Notes under the pieces: generated by a model
Told to the model about the DNA's origin: nothing
Seen by the model: only the letters and a program-made list of their open reading frames with translations
Databases searched by the model: none
Program-made: the position numbers and the translations under genes
DNA from: a virus
Lineage: Duplodnaviria > Caudoviricetes
IMG/VR virus record: IMGVR_UViG_3300033067_001582
Span: 1-57,604 of that record
Strand: one strand, 5' to 3'
Length of the DNA: 57,604 nucleotides
Shown here: in pieces, positions 19,573-29,201 of the stretch
How positions within the stretch are numbered: the first letter of the stretch is position 1
Layout: the number at the start of each line of letters is the position of its first letter

Positions 19573-20462
19573 TTGATTCATCCAAGCCGATCGACCCGAA
19601 ACTGATCGACGTTCCGCTCAACGAAGAGAGCGGCTATTCCGAAGCGTTGGCTGCGGCCGACACGCCCGATGCCTTGCGAGACGCTTGCGGCGCTGCGGCC
19701 CGCGAGTTCCCGAAGTCGATGTGGATTGAGAGCCACAAAGATCGCGTTGAGAAGGCGAAAGAGAACGACCGCAATAAAACTTGGGGCATCAACTACCTGA
19801 GTCGTTTCACCAATCAATCGCCAAGTCACGAATGCACTTGCCACGCCTTGCGGGCGTCGGCAGAGGCGGCACGCAACCGCCATCGCGGCATCAACTTCCC
19901 CGATGGTCCGGTTAAGGGGTTTCGCTACGAAGAATCATCGCTTGGCGATGTGTTCCTCACGCCCATGTCGGTCTACCCGATTGCCAATCCTGGCCGATGG
20001 GGCGGGGCTGGTTGCATTCAAGTCCTCAACATCTCGTGCAATACCGGATTCCTGCCCGACAAGATTCAGCCGCGAGATTACGGCTTCAAGCACCAACTCC
20101 ACGGCACCAGCGGCAAGGGCAACAATAACCAATCGAGCGGCCCGTGGATTACCGAGCGTGACTTCCCCGAAGGCTGGAAGGAAACTGCGAAATGGTTCAA
20201 GCCGAAGGAAATCGTCGTCACCGATGATTGGGAGCAAGCCTTGTGCATGCTGCTCCACGGCATTGTCCTCGGATACGGTCGTGACGGGCATGCCGTGCCG
20301 CCTGCAATGTGGAACTATGCAAGCGACGCCTACCCTTATCCAGATTCCTACGACCGCGTTCTTGCCGATTCGGCATCGACCTTCCGCCGGGCTTGCCGCA
20401 GCGGCGTGTACGGCGTGATTACCATGACCACCCCCGACAACTGGCTCAAGCCCGCAGGCTAA
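19569..20462 (+). CDS. Papain-like (C1-type) cysteine peptidase
   Basis: NQSPSHECTCHA (oxyanion Q plus catalytic C), GHAV (catalytic H), DSY in place of NSW. Confidence 0.6.
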   Translation: MIDSSKPIDPKLIDVPLNEESGYSEALAAADTPDALRDACGAAAREFPKSMWIESHKDRVEKAKENDRNKTWGINYLSRFTNQSPSHECTCHALRASAEAARNRHRGINFPDGPVKGFRYEESSLGDVFLTPMSVYPIANPGRWGGAGCIQVLNISCNTGFLPDKIQPRDYGFKHQLHGTSGKGNNNQSSGPWITERDFPEGWKETAKWFKPKEIVVTDDWEQALCMLLHGIVLGYGRDGHAVPPAMWNYASDAYPYPDSYDRVLADSASTFRRACRSGVYGVITMTTPDNWLKPAG

Positions 20463-20463
20463 C

Positions 20464-20874
20464 ATGAACAGCAACGCTCCGCTTTATCTCGTGCTTGCCC
20501 TCGCCCTGTTCGTCACGGCCAAGGGCTGCGTCGACCACCACGCCGCGCCCGGAGTCTCCGTCGTCTCAATCTCCGACGCCGCACCGCCGCCGCAATTCAC
20601 CCCCACGCCCGACCAAATCTCCATCGACGACATTCTCCCCGCACCAACCCCGCACGCCTCCTGCCGCTGCACAGCTTGCAAATGCACGCCGGTCTGCGTC
20701 GGTGCCTGCTCCATTCCACAGCCCGCCGGTGACGCCACCGCACCCATCGCGAATTCCACACCAGCGGCTTCTGCCGCACCGGCGACTTCGGGGGCGGCCT
20801 CGCGCTGCCCCGGCGGGCAATGTTCAGTTCGTTCCGCACCCGTACGGCGAGGCATCTTCGGATGGAGGCGCTAA
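20464..20874 (+). CDS. Exported Cys-rich protein, possible lipoprotein
   Basis: Signal peptide ending AKGC; CRCTACKC; CPGGQC; RRGIFGWRR. Confidence 0.75.
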   Translation: MNSNAPLYLVLALALFVTAKGCVDHHAAPGVSVVSISDAAPPPQFTPTPDQISIDDILPAPTPHASCRCTACKCTPVCVGACSIPQPAGDATAPIANSTPAASAAPATSGAASRCPGGQCSVRSAPVRRGIFGWRR

Positions 20875-21234
20875 CCTTCGTGCTGATCTGGTGCCACTTC
20901 CATCCATTCGAGGCGATGGCGTTGTGGGGCTGCATCGGGCTCGTTGTCGGCTATTGGATTGGGAGAACGTCGTGAGCGTTAAAGAAGTCGTCGAAGAATC
21001 GCTCGCATGGCTGCTGCTCATCGTCGGGCTCGCCGCCGCGACCACGCTCGGCTACCTGCAAGGCGACACCAACGGATTCGTTCGAGGCGTGGAGTCGACC
21101 AAGATGATTCAACTTACCGAAGATAAGGATTGGTAGTCATGCAGTTTGTCTTAGGTATAGCGGTCGGGGCGGCCGCGCTCATCTTCGGAATCGCCGCCGT
21201 TATTGTCGTCGCATTGCGCGGCATCAATCACTAG
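20862..21234 (+). CDS. Three tiny hydrophobic ORFs (20862-20975, 20972-21136, 21139-21234)
   Basis: Overlapping or adjacent starts and stops; each is dominated by a hydrophobic helix. Confidence 0.5.
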
Positions 21235-21263
21235 CCCAGCCACCCCGTAATACCCAGCGCACA

Positions 21264-21557
21264 ATGGAACCATCCTCCTGGTTTGCGTTCGTCAAAGATG
21301 TCGGCTTCCCGATCGCCGGCCTCTCCGCGACCGGCTTCTGCATCTGGCTCGTCATCAAGTGGCTCGGTAATAACGCGGTGAAGCCGCTTGTCGAATCGAC
21401 CGTCAGCCTGCATATCACATTGCAGAAGAACGACACCGACAAGACGATAGCACTCGCCAACTTGGCCCGCGTCGCAGAAGAACACCGCGAACTCACCGAA
21501 GAAATGCGGCATCAGGTCGAGGACATTCACCGGGTCGTGGTCCGCAAAGTTCACTAG
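21264..21557 (+). CDS. Holin-like membrane protein
   Basis: VKDVGFPIA N-terminal TM followed by a coiled C-terminus, as in holin-like phage proteins. Confidence 0.55.
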   Translation: MEPSSWFAFVKDVGFPIAGLSATGFCIWLVIKWLGNNAVKPLVESTVSLHITLQKNDTDKTIALANLARVAEEHRELTEEMRHQVEDIHRVVVRKVH

Positions 21558-21647
21558 CATGCCGTTCTCGGCTAGAAATCCGGCAATCTTTCCGAAATAA
21601 TACTTTTCGGCATTGCCTTTCCGTCATAGCCTGCGAACAAATACAGC

Positions 21648-22037
21648 ATGTTCCGCCCCTCGCTCATCGACGCGGCCATTCTCATCTGCCTCTTTTCGGC
21701 AGGCCCGGCGCTCGTTACCTGCATGGCGGCGTTCGACCAGCCCGCCGTCAAGCAGCCCGCCCCGCGCACCATCATTGAGTGCGACGGCATCGTGCAACTC
21801 GACCACCCAGGATTCGCCCCGTTCGCGAACTGGGATTGCCCGGTCGACCTAATCGTACACCTCCCGAACACGTTCCGCACCAGTCGGCTTACGTTCGCCA
21901 GCAAGCAAGATTACCAAGAGGCGGTTCGTTGCGACGGGCTTGCGGTGCGTGTTCGGGGGTTTGAAGTCAGCCGAGGGTATCAAACGTATCTGGTGGTCGA
22001 GACGATCACGGGCATTGAGGCGGAGGCGAAGCCGTGA
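21648..22037 (+). CDS. Exported hypothetical protein
   Basis: N-terminal hydrophobic segment; overlaps the next gene. Confidence 0.6.
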   Translation: MFRPSLIDAAILICLFSAGPALVTCMAAFDQPAVKQPAPRTIIECDGIVQLDHPGFAPFANWDCPVDLIVHLPNTFRTSRLTFASKQDYQEAVRCDGLAVRVRGFEVSRGYQTYLVVETITGIEAEAKP

Positions 22038-22387
22038 CGGACGTTAAACGATTCCGCCAATGGTGCCGCTGGCTACAACGCCACTTCCCTATTCGCACCA
22101 AGCATCGCGTCGTGTTCGGAATGCCCATTGACGAGCCTCCGACCAAGGAGGGCTTGTGCGATCTCGAAAACTTCCCGACGCACATGACGCTCTATGTCCG
22201 CGACACGCTGAGCATTTCACACACGGCGTCGACCCTGATACATGAGTGGGCGCACGGAATCCACGCCGATCGCGTGCCGGAGTTCGGCGACCTACTCGAC
22301 GAGGGGCCGCTGCATGCGATTCTCGAACGTGCGATTGGAAACAAGTGGGACAAACTCAGAGGCGAGGCGACCAGTGAAGAAGAATAA
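22034..22387 (+). CDS. HExxH metallopeptidase-like protein
   Basis: TLIHEWAH motif; GGAGG RBS. Confidence 0.65.
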   Translation: MTDVKRFRQWCRWLQRHFPIRTKHRVVFGMPIDEPPTKEGLCDLENFPTHMTLYVRDTLSISHTASTLIHEWAHGIHADRVPEFGDLLDEGPLHAILERAIGNKWDKLRGEATSEEE

Positions 22388-22658
22388 CTCCCGACGCACC
22401 ACGACCAAGCCCGCGACGATCGCCGACCGTGTGATGCGAGATGTCGCGACTCGCCCTAATCGCCGCAGTCTTAATTGGTACGACCGCATCACCGTCGAGC
22501 AGCGGGCCGTCGTCGATGAAGTCGTGCGTCGCTGCCGGTCGAATCCCGACGCCAAGTGGTACGTCGTGGCGGACAGTCTCATCGCCACGCTCAAGATTCC
22601 GGCCAAACAAACTCGCGTCGCGATATTTCTCCGCGAACTCGCAGCAAGGGGTGAGTGA
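22374..22658 (+). CDS. Small basic protein, possible HTH
   Basis: GAGG RBS with GTG start; coupled to the phosphoesterase gene. Confidence 0.6.
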   Translation: MKKNNSRRTTTKPATIADRVMRDVATRPNRRSLNWYDRITVEQRAVVDEVVRRCRSNPDAKWYVVADSLIATLKIPAKQTRVAIFLRELAARGE

Positions 22659-23728
22659 TGAAGGCGTCGAAGCGAGTTGACGAGTTGGCGTCCGAGATTC
22701 TTGAGATTCAGCAGATTCCGGCCGCCGAGCGATTGCGCATCGAGGCCGTAATTCGCAATTACAAACAGAAGGCGAGGGACGCGAGCGAAGAGCGCGACGA
22801 GGCGCTGCGGCAGAGCGAACTGCTGGCGTCGCGGTGTGATTTTCTTGTTGGCCTGCGTGATCGCACCAAGGCGAAGGAGTGGGCGAAGCCGAAGCGAGTC
22901 AAGTCGGGACGCGCCGCCGCCGTGTTCCTAGTATCAGACGTACATTGCGAAGAGTCCGTCGCGCCGCATGAAGTCAACGGGCTGAACGAATACTCTCTTG
23001 AAATTTGCGACAAGTCGCTCAAGCAGATGTTCTCTCGCAATCTCATGCTCACCGAGGACGCACGCCACCTTGTCAACATTCGCGAAGGCGTGCTGTGGCT
23101 CGGCGGCGACATGATTAGCGGCCACATTCACGACGAGCTTCGTGAACGCAATCAACTCGCACCGCTTCCTGCCTGCCGATGGGTCAGTCAGCGACTTTTA
23201 AGCGGCATCAACTTTTTGGCCGAGCACGGTGGCTTCGACACGCTAACCATTGCGACGAGCTATGGAAACCACGGAAGAGACTCGCTCAAAAACAGATCGG
23301 CAGGCGAGGGCGACCGCAGTTACGAACACGACATGTACCTAGAACTGCGCGATGCCACGTCCGGCATGAAAAACGTGAAGTGGCAAATCGGCAACGGCTA
23401 CCACAACTACCTTGACGTACTCGGCAAGAACTGCCGCTTCCATCACGGGCACAAGGTCAAGTTCGGCGGCGGCGTCGGTGGCGTGACGGTTCCGCTTTAC
23501 AAAGCGATTTATGCTTGGAACCAGAAAATAAGAGCCGACATCAACTTCAACGGCCACTTCCACGATTACGCTTGCCCGCGCATGGATGTCGTGCTGAACG
23601 GCAGCGTCATCGGTTACTCGCCGTTTGCAATCGACATCAAGGCAAATTATCAGCCGCCGATGCAGGCGTTCTGCGTGATTGATCGGGACCGTGGGCTAAC
23701 TAGATCGCTTCCTGTTTTCGTGAGGTAG
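22655..23728 (+). CDS. Calcineurin-like metallophosphoesterase with N-terminal coiled coil
   Basis: SDVH, GDMISG, GNHGR, HHGH, GHFH. Confidence 0.9.
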   Translation: MMKASKRVDELASEILEIQQIPAAERLRIEAVIRNYKQKARDASEERDEALRQSELLASRCDFLVGLRDRTKAKEWAKPKRVKSGRAAAVFLVSDVHCEESVAPHEVNGLNEYSLEICDKSLKQMFSRNLMLTEDARHLVNIREGVLWLGGDMISGHIHDELRERNQLAPLPACRWVSQRLLSGINFLAEHGGFDTLTIATSYGNHGRDSLKNRSAGEGDRSYEHDMYLELRDATSGMKNVKWQIGNGYHNYLDVLGKNCRFHHGHKVKFGGGVGGVTVPLYKAIYAWNQKIRADINFNGHFHDYACPRMDVVLNGSVIGYSPFAIDIKANYQPPMQAFCVIDRDRGLTRSLPVFVR

Positions 23729-23730
23729 GT

Positions 23731-24360
23731 GTGGGCACGTTGATTGACTTGACGGGCATGAGGTTCGGGAGGTTGCTCGTGTCGAAACGAGCGCCGAGCG
23801 AAGGCCGCAAGCACGCCAAATGGATTTGCTTTTGCGATTGCGGACAGATCACGACCGCGACGAGCGCGCATATTCGAGCCGGGCGATCAACGTCGTGCGG
23901 TTGCGTTCGCAGCGAGATGGTTACAAAGAAGAACACGACGCACGGGAAGTATTTCACGAAGACGCATCGCGTCTGGAATAACATGCTCAATCGCTGCCGT
24001 TGCGAAAACACGCCGCGATTTGAAGACTATGGTGGGCGAGGAATTGCCGTTTGCGACCGCTGGCTGTCGTTTTCATCATTCCTTGAAGACATGGGCGAAT
24101 GCAAGCCCGGCATGAGTATTGATCGTATCGACGTAAATGGCAACTACGAACCGTCGAACTGTCGCTGGGCGACCAACACTGAGCAGTGCAACAACAAGAG
24201 AAACAACCGGCGGATCGTTGTCGGTGGCGAGTCAATGACATGCACGGAGGCCGCTCGGAAGTACGGACTGAATAGGGACATGATCCGTGCTCGACTTAAT
24301 AGAGGGCTCACTGGCGATGAAGCGATATTTACTCCGTCGCGGTATGGGGTAAGCAAGTAA
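23731..24360 (+). CDS. HNH homing endonuclease
   Basis: DLTGMRFGRL, CFCDCG, YGGRGI, SIDRIDVNGNYEPSNCRWAT. Confidence 0.9.
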   Translation: MGTLIDLTGMRFGRLLVSKRAPSEGRKHAKWICFCDCGQITTATSAHIRAGRSTSCGCVRSEMVTKKNTTHGKYFTKTHRVWNNMLNRCRCENTPRFEDYGGRGIAVCDRWLSFSSFLEDMGECKPGMSIDRIDVNGNYEPSNCRWATNTEQCNNKRNNRRIVVGGESMTCTEAARKYGLNRDMIRARLNRGLTGDEAIFTPSRYGVSK

Positions 24361-24860
24361 TGCAGCCCGCGAAAATCACCCACTCTGTCGAGCAACTTCA
24401 GCCCGCTCGCTTCGCCGAAGCCACGGCCATTCTCCACGAATGCCTCGGCACCGACTGCAACCTGCCCGCCGAATACCCGTCACCGCGCATCGCCATCTTC
24501 GGCCACTTTCTCGACGACACTCTCGCAGGCGTCGGCACCGCTGAAATCAAACTCGACGGCGGCGGCCTGCTTGCGAACATGGCCGTGCTTCCCAAATATC
24601 AAGGCAACGGCATCGGCACGTCGCTCGTTGCCGCTCGCGTCGAATGGCTGCGGTCGCTCGGCGTGCAATACGTCGTGGCCGAGGCGTGGGCGAGTAATGA
24701 TCGCGGCGTGAACGCTGCGAAGCCGTTGGTGCGAAATGGGTTCTGGCTGACGGAGGTGCGGCCGTTGCATTTCGGGTGGTGCAGGGACTGCCCAAGCTGT
24801 CGGCCTGCGAGCTGTGGGTGCGGGGCGTTCATCTATCGCAAGGTGCTGCGTGATGCGTGA
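24360..24860 (+). CDS. GNAT acetyltransferase with Cys-rich C-terminus
   Basis: AVLPKYQGNGIGTSL acetyl-CoA motif A; CRDCPSC...CGC. Confidence 0.85.
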   Translation: MQPAKITHSVEQLQPARFAEATAILHECLGTDCNLPAEYPSPRIAIFGHFLDDTLAGVGTAEIKLDGGGLLANMAVLPKYQGNGIGTSLVAARVEWLRSLGVQYVVAEAWASNDRGVNAAKPLVRNGFWLTEVRPLHFGWCRDCPSCRPASCGCGAFIYRKVLRDA

Positions 24861-25110
24861 CGCCGCCATCGTGTTCGCTGCGCAGTTCGCCCAAGTATTC
24901 CTTTTAGCTTGGCAGTCGCAATGCGTGGCACACGGCCGCGTCGCTTGGGCGTCCGTCAATTCACTATGCCTCGGCATTATCGGCTACCAAATCACCAGTA
25001 TCATCGCGGCGAATCGCGGTGCCATATTCAGCCCGGCGTGGATCGCGTTCGTCGGCAGCGGGCCGATTGCGGTCGTGCTGGCGATCAAGTTCTTTAGGAG
25101 AATAAAGTGA
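24853..25110 (+). CDS. Small multi-pass membrane protein
   Basis: Three hydrophobic segments. Confidence 0.7.
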   Translation: MRDAAIVFAAQFAQVFLLAWQSQCVAHGRVAWASVNSLCLGIIGYQITSIIAANRGAIFSPAWIAFVGSGPIAVVLAIKFFRRIK

Positions 25111-25760
25111 TGCGCGTCATTGCCATCGGCCACTACAAGCGAGTCGGCAAGGATTGGTTCGCTCGCGCCGTCGTTCGCCATTGCGCCGCCCTCGACCCGT
25201 CGCTTCGCGTCAAGGTGAAGTCGTGGGCGTGGAAGCTCAAGAAAATCTGCCACGAACTTTACGGATGGGCAGGACTCCGCGAGCCGCACTTCTACGAAAC
25301 CGATGAAGGGCAGACCGCCCGCGAAGTCGCGCTCCCCGCCATCGGCAAGTCGCCGCGTCAAATCTGGATTGACTTCGGAACGAACGCAGTCCGCGAGCAC
25401 GTCTATCAAGATACTTGGCGGGATTACCTGCTCAAGTCCGATCATCAATGTGACGTGCTTATCGTCCCCGACACCCGCTTTCAAAACGAAGTCGTCGGGT
25501 TGATCGAGGCCGACGCCCACCTGCTCAAGATCGTCCGCCCCGGTTTCGGCCCCGGCGATAACAAGCCCGACCGCGAACTGCTTTATTATCGCGGCTGGCG
25601 GAACGTCATCGGCCACGTCGGCACGCTACAGCATCTCGACGAGTCGGCCCGCGTCTATGCGGAATGGTTGACGGGTAAACGCAGCGAGCCGACCTGCACC
25701 TTCGATGAGATGCACGATCGGCTCTATACCTGCGAATCGACGGCGACGGTCACGCCGTAG
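25107..25760 (+). CDS. Deoxynucleoside monophosphate kinase
   Basis: GHYKRVGKD, SPRQIWIDFGT, PDTRFQNE. Confidence 0.85.
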   Translation: MMRVIAIGHYKRVGKDWFARAVVRHCAALDPSLRVKVKSWAWKLKKICHELYGWAGLREPHFYETDEGQTAREVALPAIGKSPRQIWIDFGTNAVREHVYQDTWRDYLLKSDHQCDVLIVPDTRFQNEVVGLIEADAHLLKIVRPGFGPGDNKPDRELLYYRGWRNVIGHVGTLQHLDESARVYAEWLTGKRSEPTCTFDEMHDRLYTCESTATVTP

Positions 25761-26523
25761 CACACGGGTCGAACACGCCGCCGGCTTCGCGGTCGCGTTT
25801 CAAAATCCGATTGATTTTAATGGAACACCACTTCACCCCGCCGCGCCCGGTCAGCCCCTCATCGTTCAGCCGCTTCGCCACGGCGTACACGGTGATCCCG
25901 CTGGCCGCCAACTTCCGTAGCCGCGACAACACTCGCTGCTCGCCTTCATCCGGCACCATCATGTATCGCACGCCGCGCCCGCGCCCCGCGTCGAACGCCT
26001 CGCCCATCTTCCAGCCGAACGGCGCACTTGAGCTAATCACCCGCCCGCCCCGCTGCATCGCGCCCATCGCGGCCTTCGTTCGCTCGCTAATCTGGTCGCT
26101 CTCGTACTCCGCCATCGCCGCCATGACGTGTAGTGTCAGCTTGTTCGCGTTCGGATTATCGACGGCCACGAAGTCAACGCCCGACTCCATTAGCGCCGAC
26201 AGGAACGCGACGTTGCGGCTTAGCCGGTCGAGCTTGGCAATCACCAGCATCGCCCCGCATCGCTTGCATTCATCAATCGCCTGCAAGAGCCCGCGTCTAT
26301 TCGCCCCGCTGCCGCGCCCCGTCTTTTCTTCGTCCCGCCGCACGGCCAGCACGGTCATGCCGCGCCCCTCGGCGAACTTCTGACATCGCTCCAACTGTCC
26401 GGTCATAGTCTCGGCGTCGCCGGCGGCGTTGCGGTTGACCACGGGGCGGGGCGAATACCTCAGATAGACGATGCAGCTTTCGTATTTTAACCCGTTTGGG
26501 TGGGTTCGTCGCTTCAGGCTCAT
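25750..26523 (-). CDS. Serine recombinase (resolvase domain plus short recombinase DNA-binding domain)
   Basis: YLRYS catalytic Ser, AKLDRLSRN, AEYESDQISERTKAAM, APFGW, AKRLNDEG; GGAGG RBS before ATG at 26523. Confidence 0.92.
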   Translation of the reverse strand: MSLKRRTHPNGLKYESCIVYLRYSPRPVVNRNAAGDAETMTGQLERCQKFAEGRGMTVLAVRRDEEKTGRGSGANRRGLLQAIDECKRCGAMLVIAKLDRLSRNVAFLSALMESGVDFVAVDNPNANKLTLHVMAAMAEYESDQISERTKAAMGAMQRGGRVISSSAPFGWKMGEAFDAGRGRGVRYMMVPDEGEQRVLSRLRKLAASGITVYAVAKRLNDEGLTGRGGVKWCSIKINRILKRDREAGGVFDPCATA

Positions 26524-26652
26524 TTTAAGCCCCTCCGATTCTAGGATGAGTGTTGAGTCAAGAAAAACGCCGGTCGCGTTCCTGGCGCAAACCATGGGCC
26601 TTCCAGGCGATGCTATGGCTAGTAGCGGTTGACGATTGGCATGGCGTCGCGT

Positions 26653-26964
26653 CTACCCCGGCATGGCGAACGGGCCGGCTCGGTTCGTGCCGTTGTCATC
26701 GAGCCACTTTGCCAGCAGCGGGCGCAGGTAATGCTCGAACGCATCGCCTCGCCACGAGTTGCCGTGCGCAAACTTAATGTTGCCATCGGTCAGCATCGGC
26801 ACGGAGTAGATGGCGCAATAGTTCGGCTCGTCAAAAAGCGAGGCAATCATCGGCCTTCCGTAGTGGTCCTCGGAAGGGTCGTTGTCTTTGAACAGTATGG
26901 CGTAGAAGCCGTATCCGCAGACGCCGTTGCGGTGATATGAGGCGTCGATAATTTCTAGGTTCAT
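26653..26964 (-). CDS. Hypothetical protein (array ORF)
   Basis: AAGGAG RBS; stop lies within TAGACGCGACGC. Confidence 0.8.
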   Translation of the reverse strand: MNLEIIDASYHRNGVCGYGFYAILFKDNDPSEDHYGRPMIASLFDEPNYCAIYSVPMLTDGNIKFAHGNSWRGDAFEHYLRPLLAKWLDDNGTNRAGPFAMPG

Positions 26965-26999
26965 GTTTTACTCCTTGTGATTGTTCAGTTGCGTTGCGT

Positions 27000-27236
27000 C
27001 TACCGGCCTTCGGCCTTGGCGATGGCTCGCTCGATCTCGCCCCACGCCAGCCCGACGACCGGATTGCCGTGCTCCTCAACCCAGTACGATTTGATGAGCG
27101 AGAGGGCGGTGTGGCAGGCGGCGAGTAGAGCGGGCGCAGCTTCGAGCAGGCACTTCGCGTCATACGCTGACTTACCGAACCCGTTTTCGAGCCCGTCTAG
27201 GAAAATCTCTAGCGGGGTTTCGTTTTTAGCGACCAT
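27000..27236 (-). CDS. Hypothetical protein, AAPxLL type (array ORF)
   Basis: GGAGG RBS; stop lies within TAGACGCAACGC. Confidence 0.75.
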   Translation of the reverse strand: MVAKNETPLEIFLDGLENGFGKSAYDAKCLLEAAPALLAACHTALSLIKSYWVEEHGNPVVGLAWGEIERAIAKAEGR

Positions 27237-27238
27237 CA

Positions 27239-27598
27239 CTACCTCCACATCGAAGAAGAAAGCCCGCCGCTCACCCCCGCCACGATCACGCCTTCAGCCG
27301 GGCGAGCGGCGTCGGCGCGGTATTCGACGACATAGCGGGTTTCGGTGGTGGTGCAGCCGGAGAGCAGGGAGATCGCAATTGCAGCACCACCCATGATTTG
27401 ACGCTTTTTGAACGCTGCAATCGCTTTTTTTGCAGCTACCCTTGCCTCCGCAAGGTATTTTTTCGCAATCCAGTGCATTCTTGGCTGGCCGTACAGGCTG
27501 TATCCCATTCGCGGGAAGTCAATTGTTCGTTGCCCGCCTTCGCAGTCGTATTCAGGGACATAAACCAGCACGTACCCAATCGTTATTTCTGTTCGCAT
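27239..27598 (-). CDS. Hypothetical protein (array ORF)
   Basis: ATCCTAAAA box and GGAG RBS; internal LLSGC lipobox-like segment. Confidence 0.6.
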   Translation of the reverse strand: MRTEITIGYVLVYVPEYDCEGGQRTIDFPRMGYSLYGQPRMHWIAKKYLAEARVAAKKAIAAFKKRQIMGGAAIAISLLSGCTTTETRYVVEYRADAARPAEGVIVAGVSGGLSSSMWR

Positions 27599-27710
27599 CG
27601 CGTCTACTCCGATCATTTTAGGATTCGATCAACCACCACCCGCACCCCGCACGCATCGCGCCGGGGCATGAGCGGGCCGCCAGTTATCCGCCGGCGGCGT
27701 CGCGTCGCGT

Positions 27711-28067
27711 CTACTTCGGTCGCTCGCCCCTCACTTTCGTCCTGGCCCGCAACCGCCGCACCCGATACGCCTCATTATGCCACCCCGACACCCCATAAAC
27801 ATTATCCGCCCCCTCGCCCAACGGCAAGCAAACACTCGCCCCCGCCTTACCGCTGACCACGATATACGGCCTACCCTTCCCATCGACCGCAGCGAAGCAG
27901 AACACGAACACGCCCCGCTCGCCGACCTTATGCCGTACTCCGGCCGCGTCTATCCACACGGGGCCGCCGCTGATGCGGACGCGATCGCCCTTGCGCAGCC
28001 AGCGGCGGGGGAGGTACTCGTAGGCGTCCTGGCCGGTGAAGCTCTCCGGCGCTTTTCGCAGTCTCAT
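27711..28067 (-). CDS. Basic hypothetical protein (array ORF)
   Basis: ATCCTAGAAAC-GGAG upstream; TAGACGCGACGCG at the stop. Confidence 0.75.
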   Translation of the reverse strand: MRLRKAPESFTGQDAYEYLPRRWLRKGDRVRISGGPVWIDAAGVRHKVGERGVFVFCFAAVDGKGRPYIVVSGKAGASVCLPLGEGADNVYGVSGWHNEAYRVRRLRARTKVRGERPK

Positions 28068-28115
28068 AATTCGCCACTCCGTTTCTAGGATGGAAGAACA
28101 AACCCCGCGCCGCGT

Positions 28116-28244
28116 CTACTCCGGCAGCGCGTCAACCTCTGCCACATGGTCGCGCACCGCAACCGTCGTGACGTACAACAGCCCGATTAGCACTAGGCCC
28201 AGTAGCACAATTCCCGCCGCGTCAATCACGTCGCGCCTACTCAC
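28116..28244 (-). CDS. 42-aa membrane peptide (array ORF, not in the ORF track)
   Basis: ATCCTAGAAAATCGAGGTG then GTG; MSRRDVIDAAGIVLLGLVLIGLLYV...; TAGACGCGGCGCG at the stop. Confidence 0.7.
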   Translation of the reverse strand: MSRRDVIDAAGIVLLGLVLIGLLYVTTVAVRDHVAEVDALPE

Positions 28245-28356
28245 GGCGCACCTCGATTTTCTAGGATTCTCAACTCACACTCGCCGCCACACGGCCGCGA
28301 TCAGCGCCCACCTAATCAAGATGGGCGCTTTCATCGTGGTCGGGTTTGCGCCGCGT

Positions 28357-28752
28357 CTACCGCTCCGCGTTCATAAACTCATCGAAGCTATCGCCGAGCA
28401 ATCGTCGCAGCTTCGCGGTTTGTGCCTGCACTTGCTTATACGTCCGCTCCGCTTTGCGACTATCCGAATCGTAGCCGTAGTCGGCGCACCACGATTCAAA
28501 CGAATCATCCGCGCCGCTCGCATCGCTCAGCAAGCACTTAAGCACCCCCTCCGCGTCGGGCTCATCGGTGTGCGTGGAGCCCATGGAATAATCTAGCGTC
28601 ATGCTACGCCGCTCGAATCGCAGCGTTACGCGGTAGTTGTGGGCCGATTTTTGCCAATCGTCCATCGTGTCGAAAGATTGCGCGGCCTTGCCGGAGCGGG
28701 CATCGCATCGCACCTTGGCGCACAGCTCGCGCAGCGTCGTCGTCGAATTCAT
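28357..28752 (-). CDS. Hypothetical phage protein (array ORF)
   Basis: CLLSDA...FESWCADYGYDSDSRKAE; both boxes present. Confidence 0.8.
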   Translation of the reverse strand: MNSTTTLRELCAKVRCDARSGKAAQSFDTMDDWQKSAHNYRVTLRFERRSMTLDYSMGSTHTDEPDAEGVLKCLLSDASGADDSFESWCADYGYDSDSRKAERTYKQVQAQTAKLRRLLGDSFDEFMNAER

Positions 28753-28862
28753 AACTCACACCCCACGTTTTAAGGATTCGGACATAAACCACCACCATCG
28801 GCGCGCCGCCCCTCACGACGGCGCAGCAATTGAGGCGGGTTATTTGCCGGCTCGCGCCGCGT

Positions 28863-29150
28863 CTACTTACCCGACTTCGCAGCCCGCGAATTCTCCGCAA
28901 TGTCGCCGGCCGCGATCCATACGATTCGTTCGCGGTTAGCGGCGTCATCGGCTAGTTCGTCCGAATCCCATGCGCCATATTCTTTGAGCTCGGCGGCAAT
29001 CTTTTCGGGGCCGATGTTGTCAAGCTGCCGGCGAATCGCGGGCACGCGCACCAATGCGGCAACGTCGTCGTCGCATCGCCCCTGGTGTGAGGCGCTTTCG
29101 GCCTGCGCCATAGTCATCTGCAATTCAAAGCGGTTAAACGTCGCGAACAT
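28863..29150 (-). CDS. Hypothetical phage protein (array ORF)
   Basis: ELKEYGAWDSDEL...IVWIAAGDI; both boxes present. Confidence 0.8.
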   Translation of the reverse strand: MFATFNRFELQMTMAQAESASHQGRCDDDVAALVRVPAIRRQLDNIGPEKIAAELKEYGAWDSDELADDAANRERIVWIAAGDIAENSRAAKSGK

Positions 29151-29201
29151 ATCGACACCTCGATTTTCTAGGATAAAAGAACAATTCAGCTCGCGCCGCG
29201 T

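Noticed and set aside
25750-26523. IS607-type transposon
   Set aside because: No N-terminal MerR-like HTH and no adjacent TnpB; the DNA-binding region is C-terminal.
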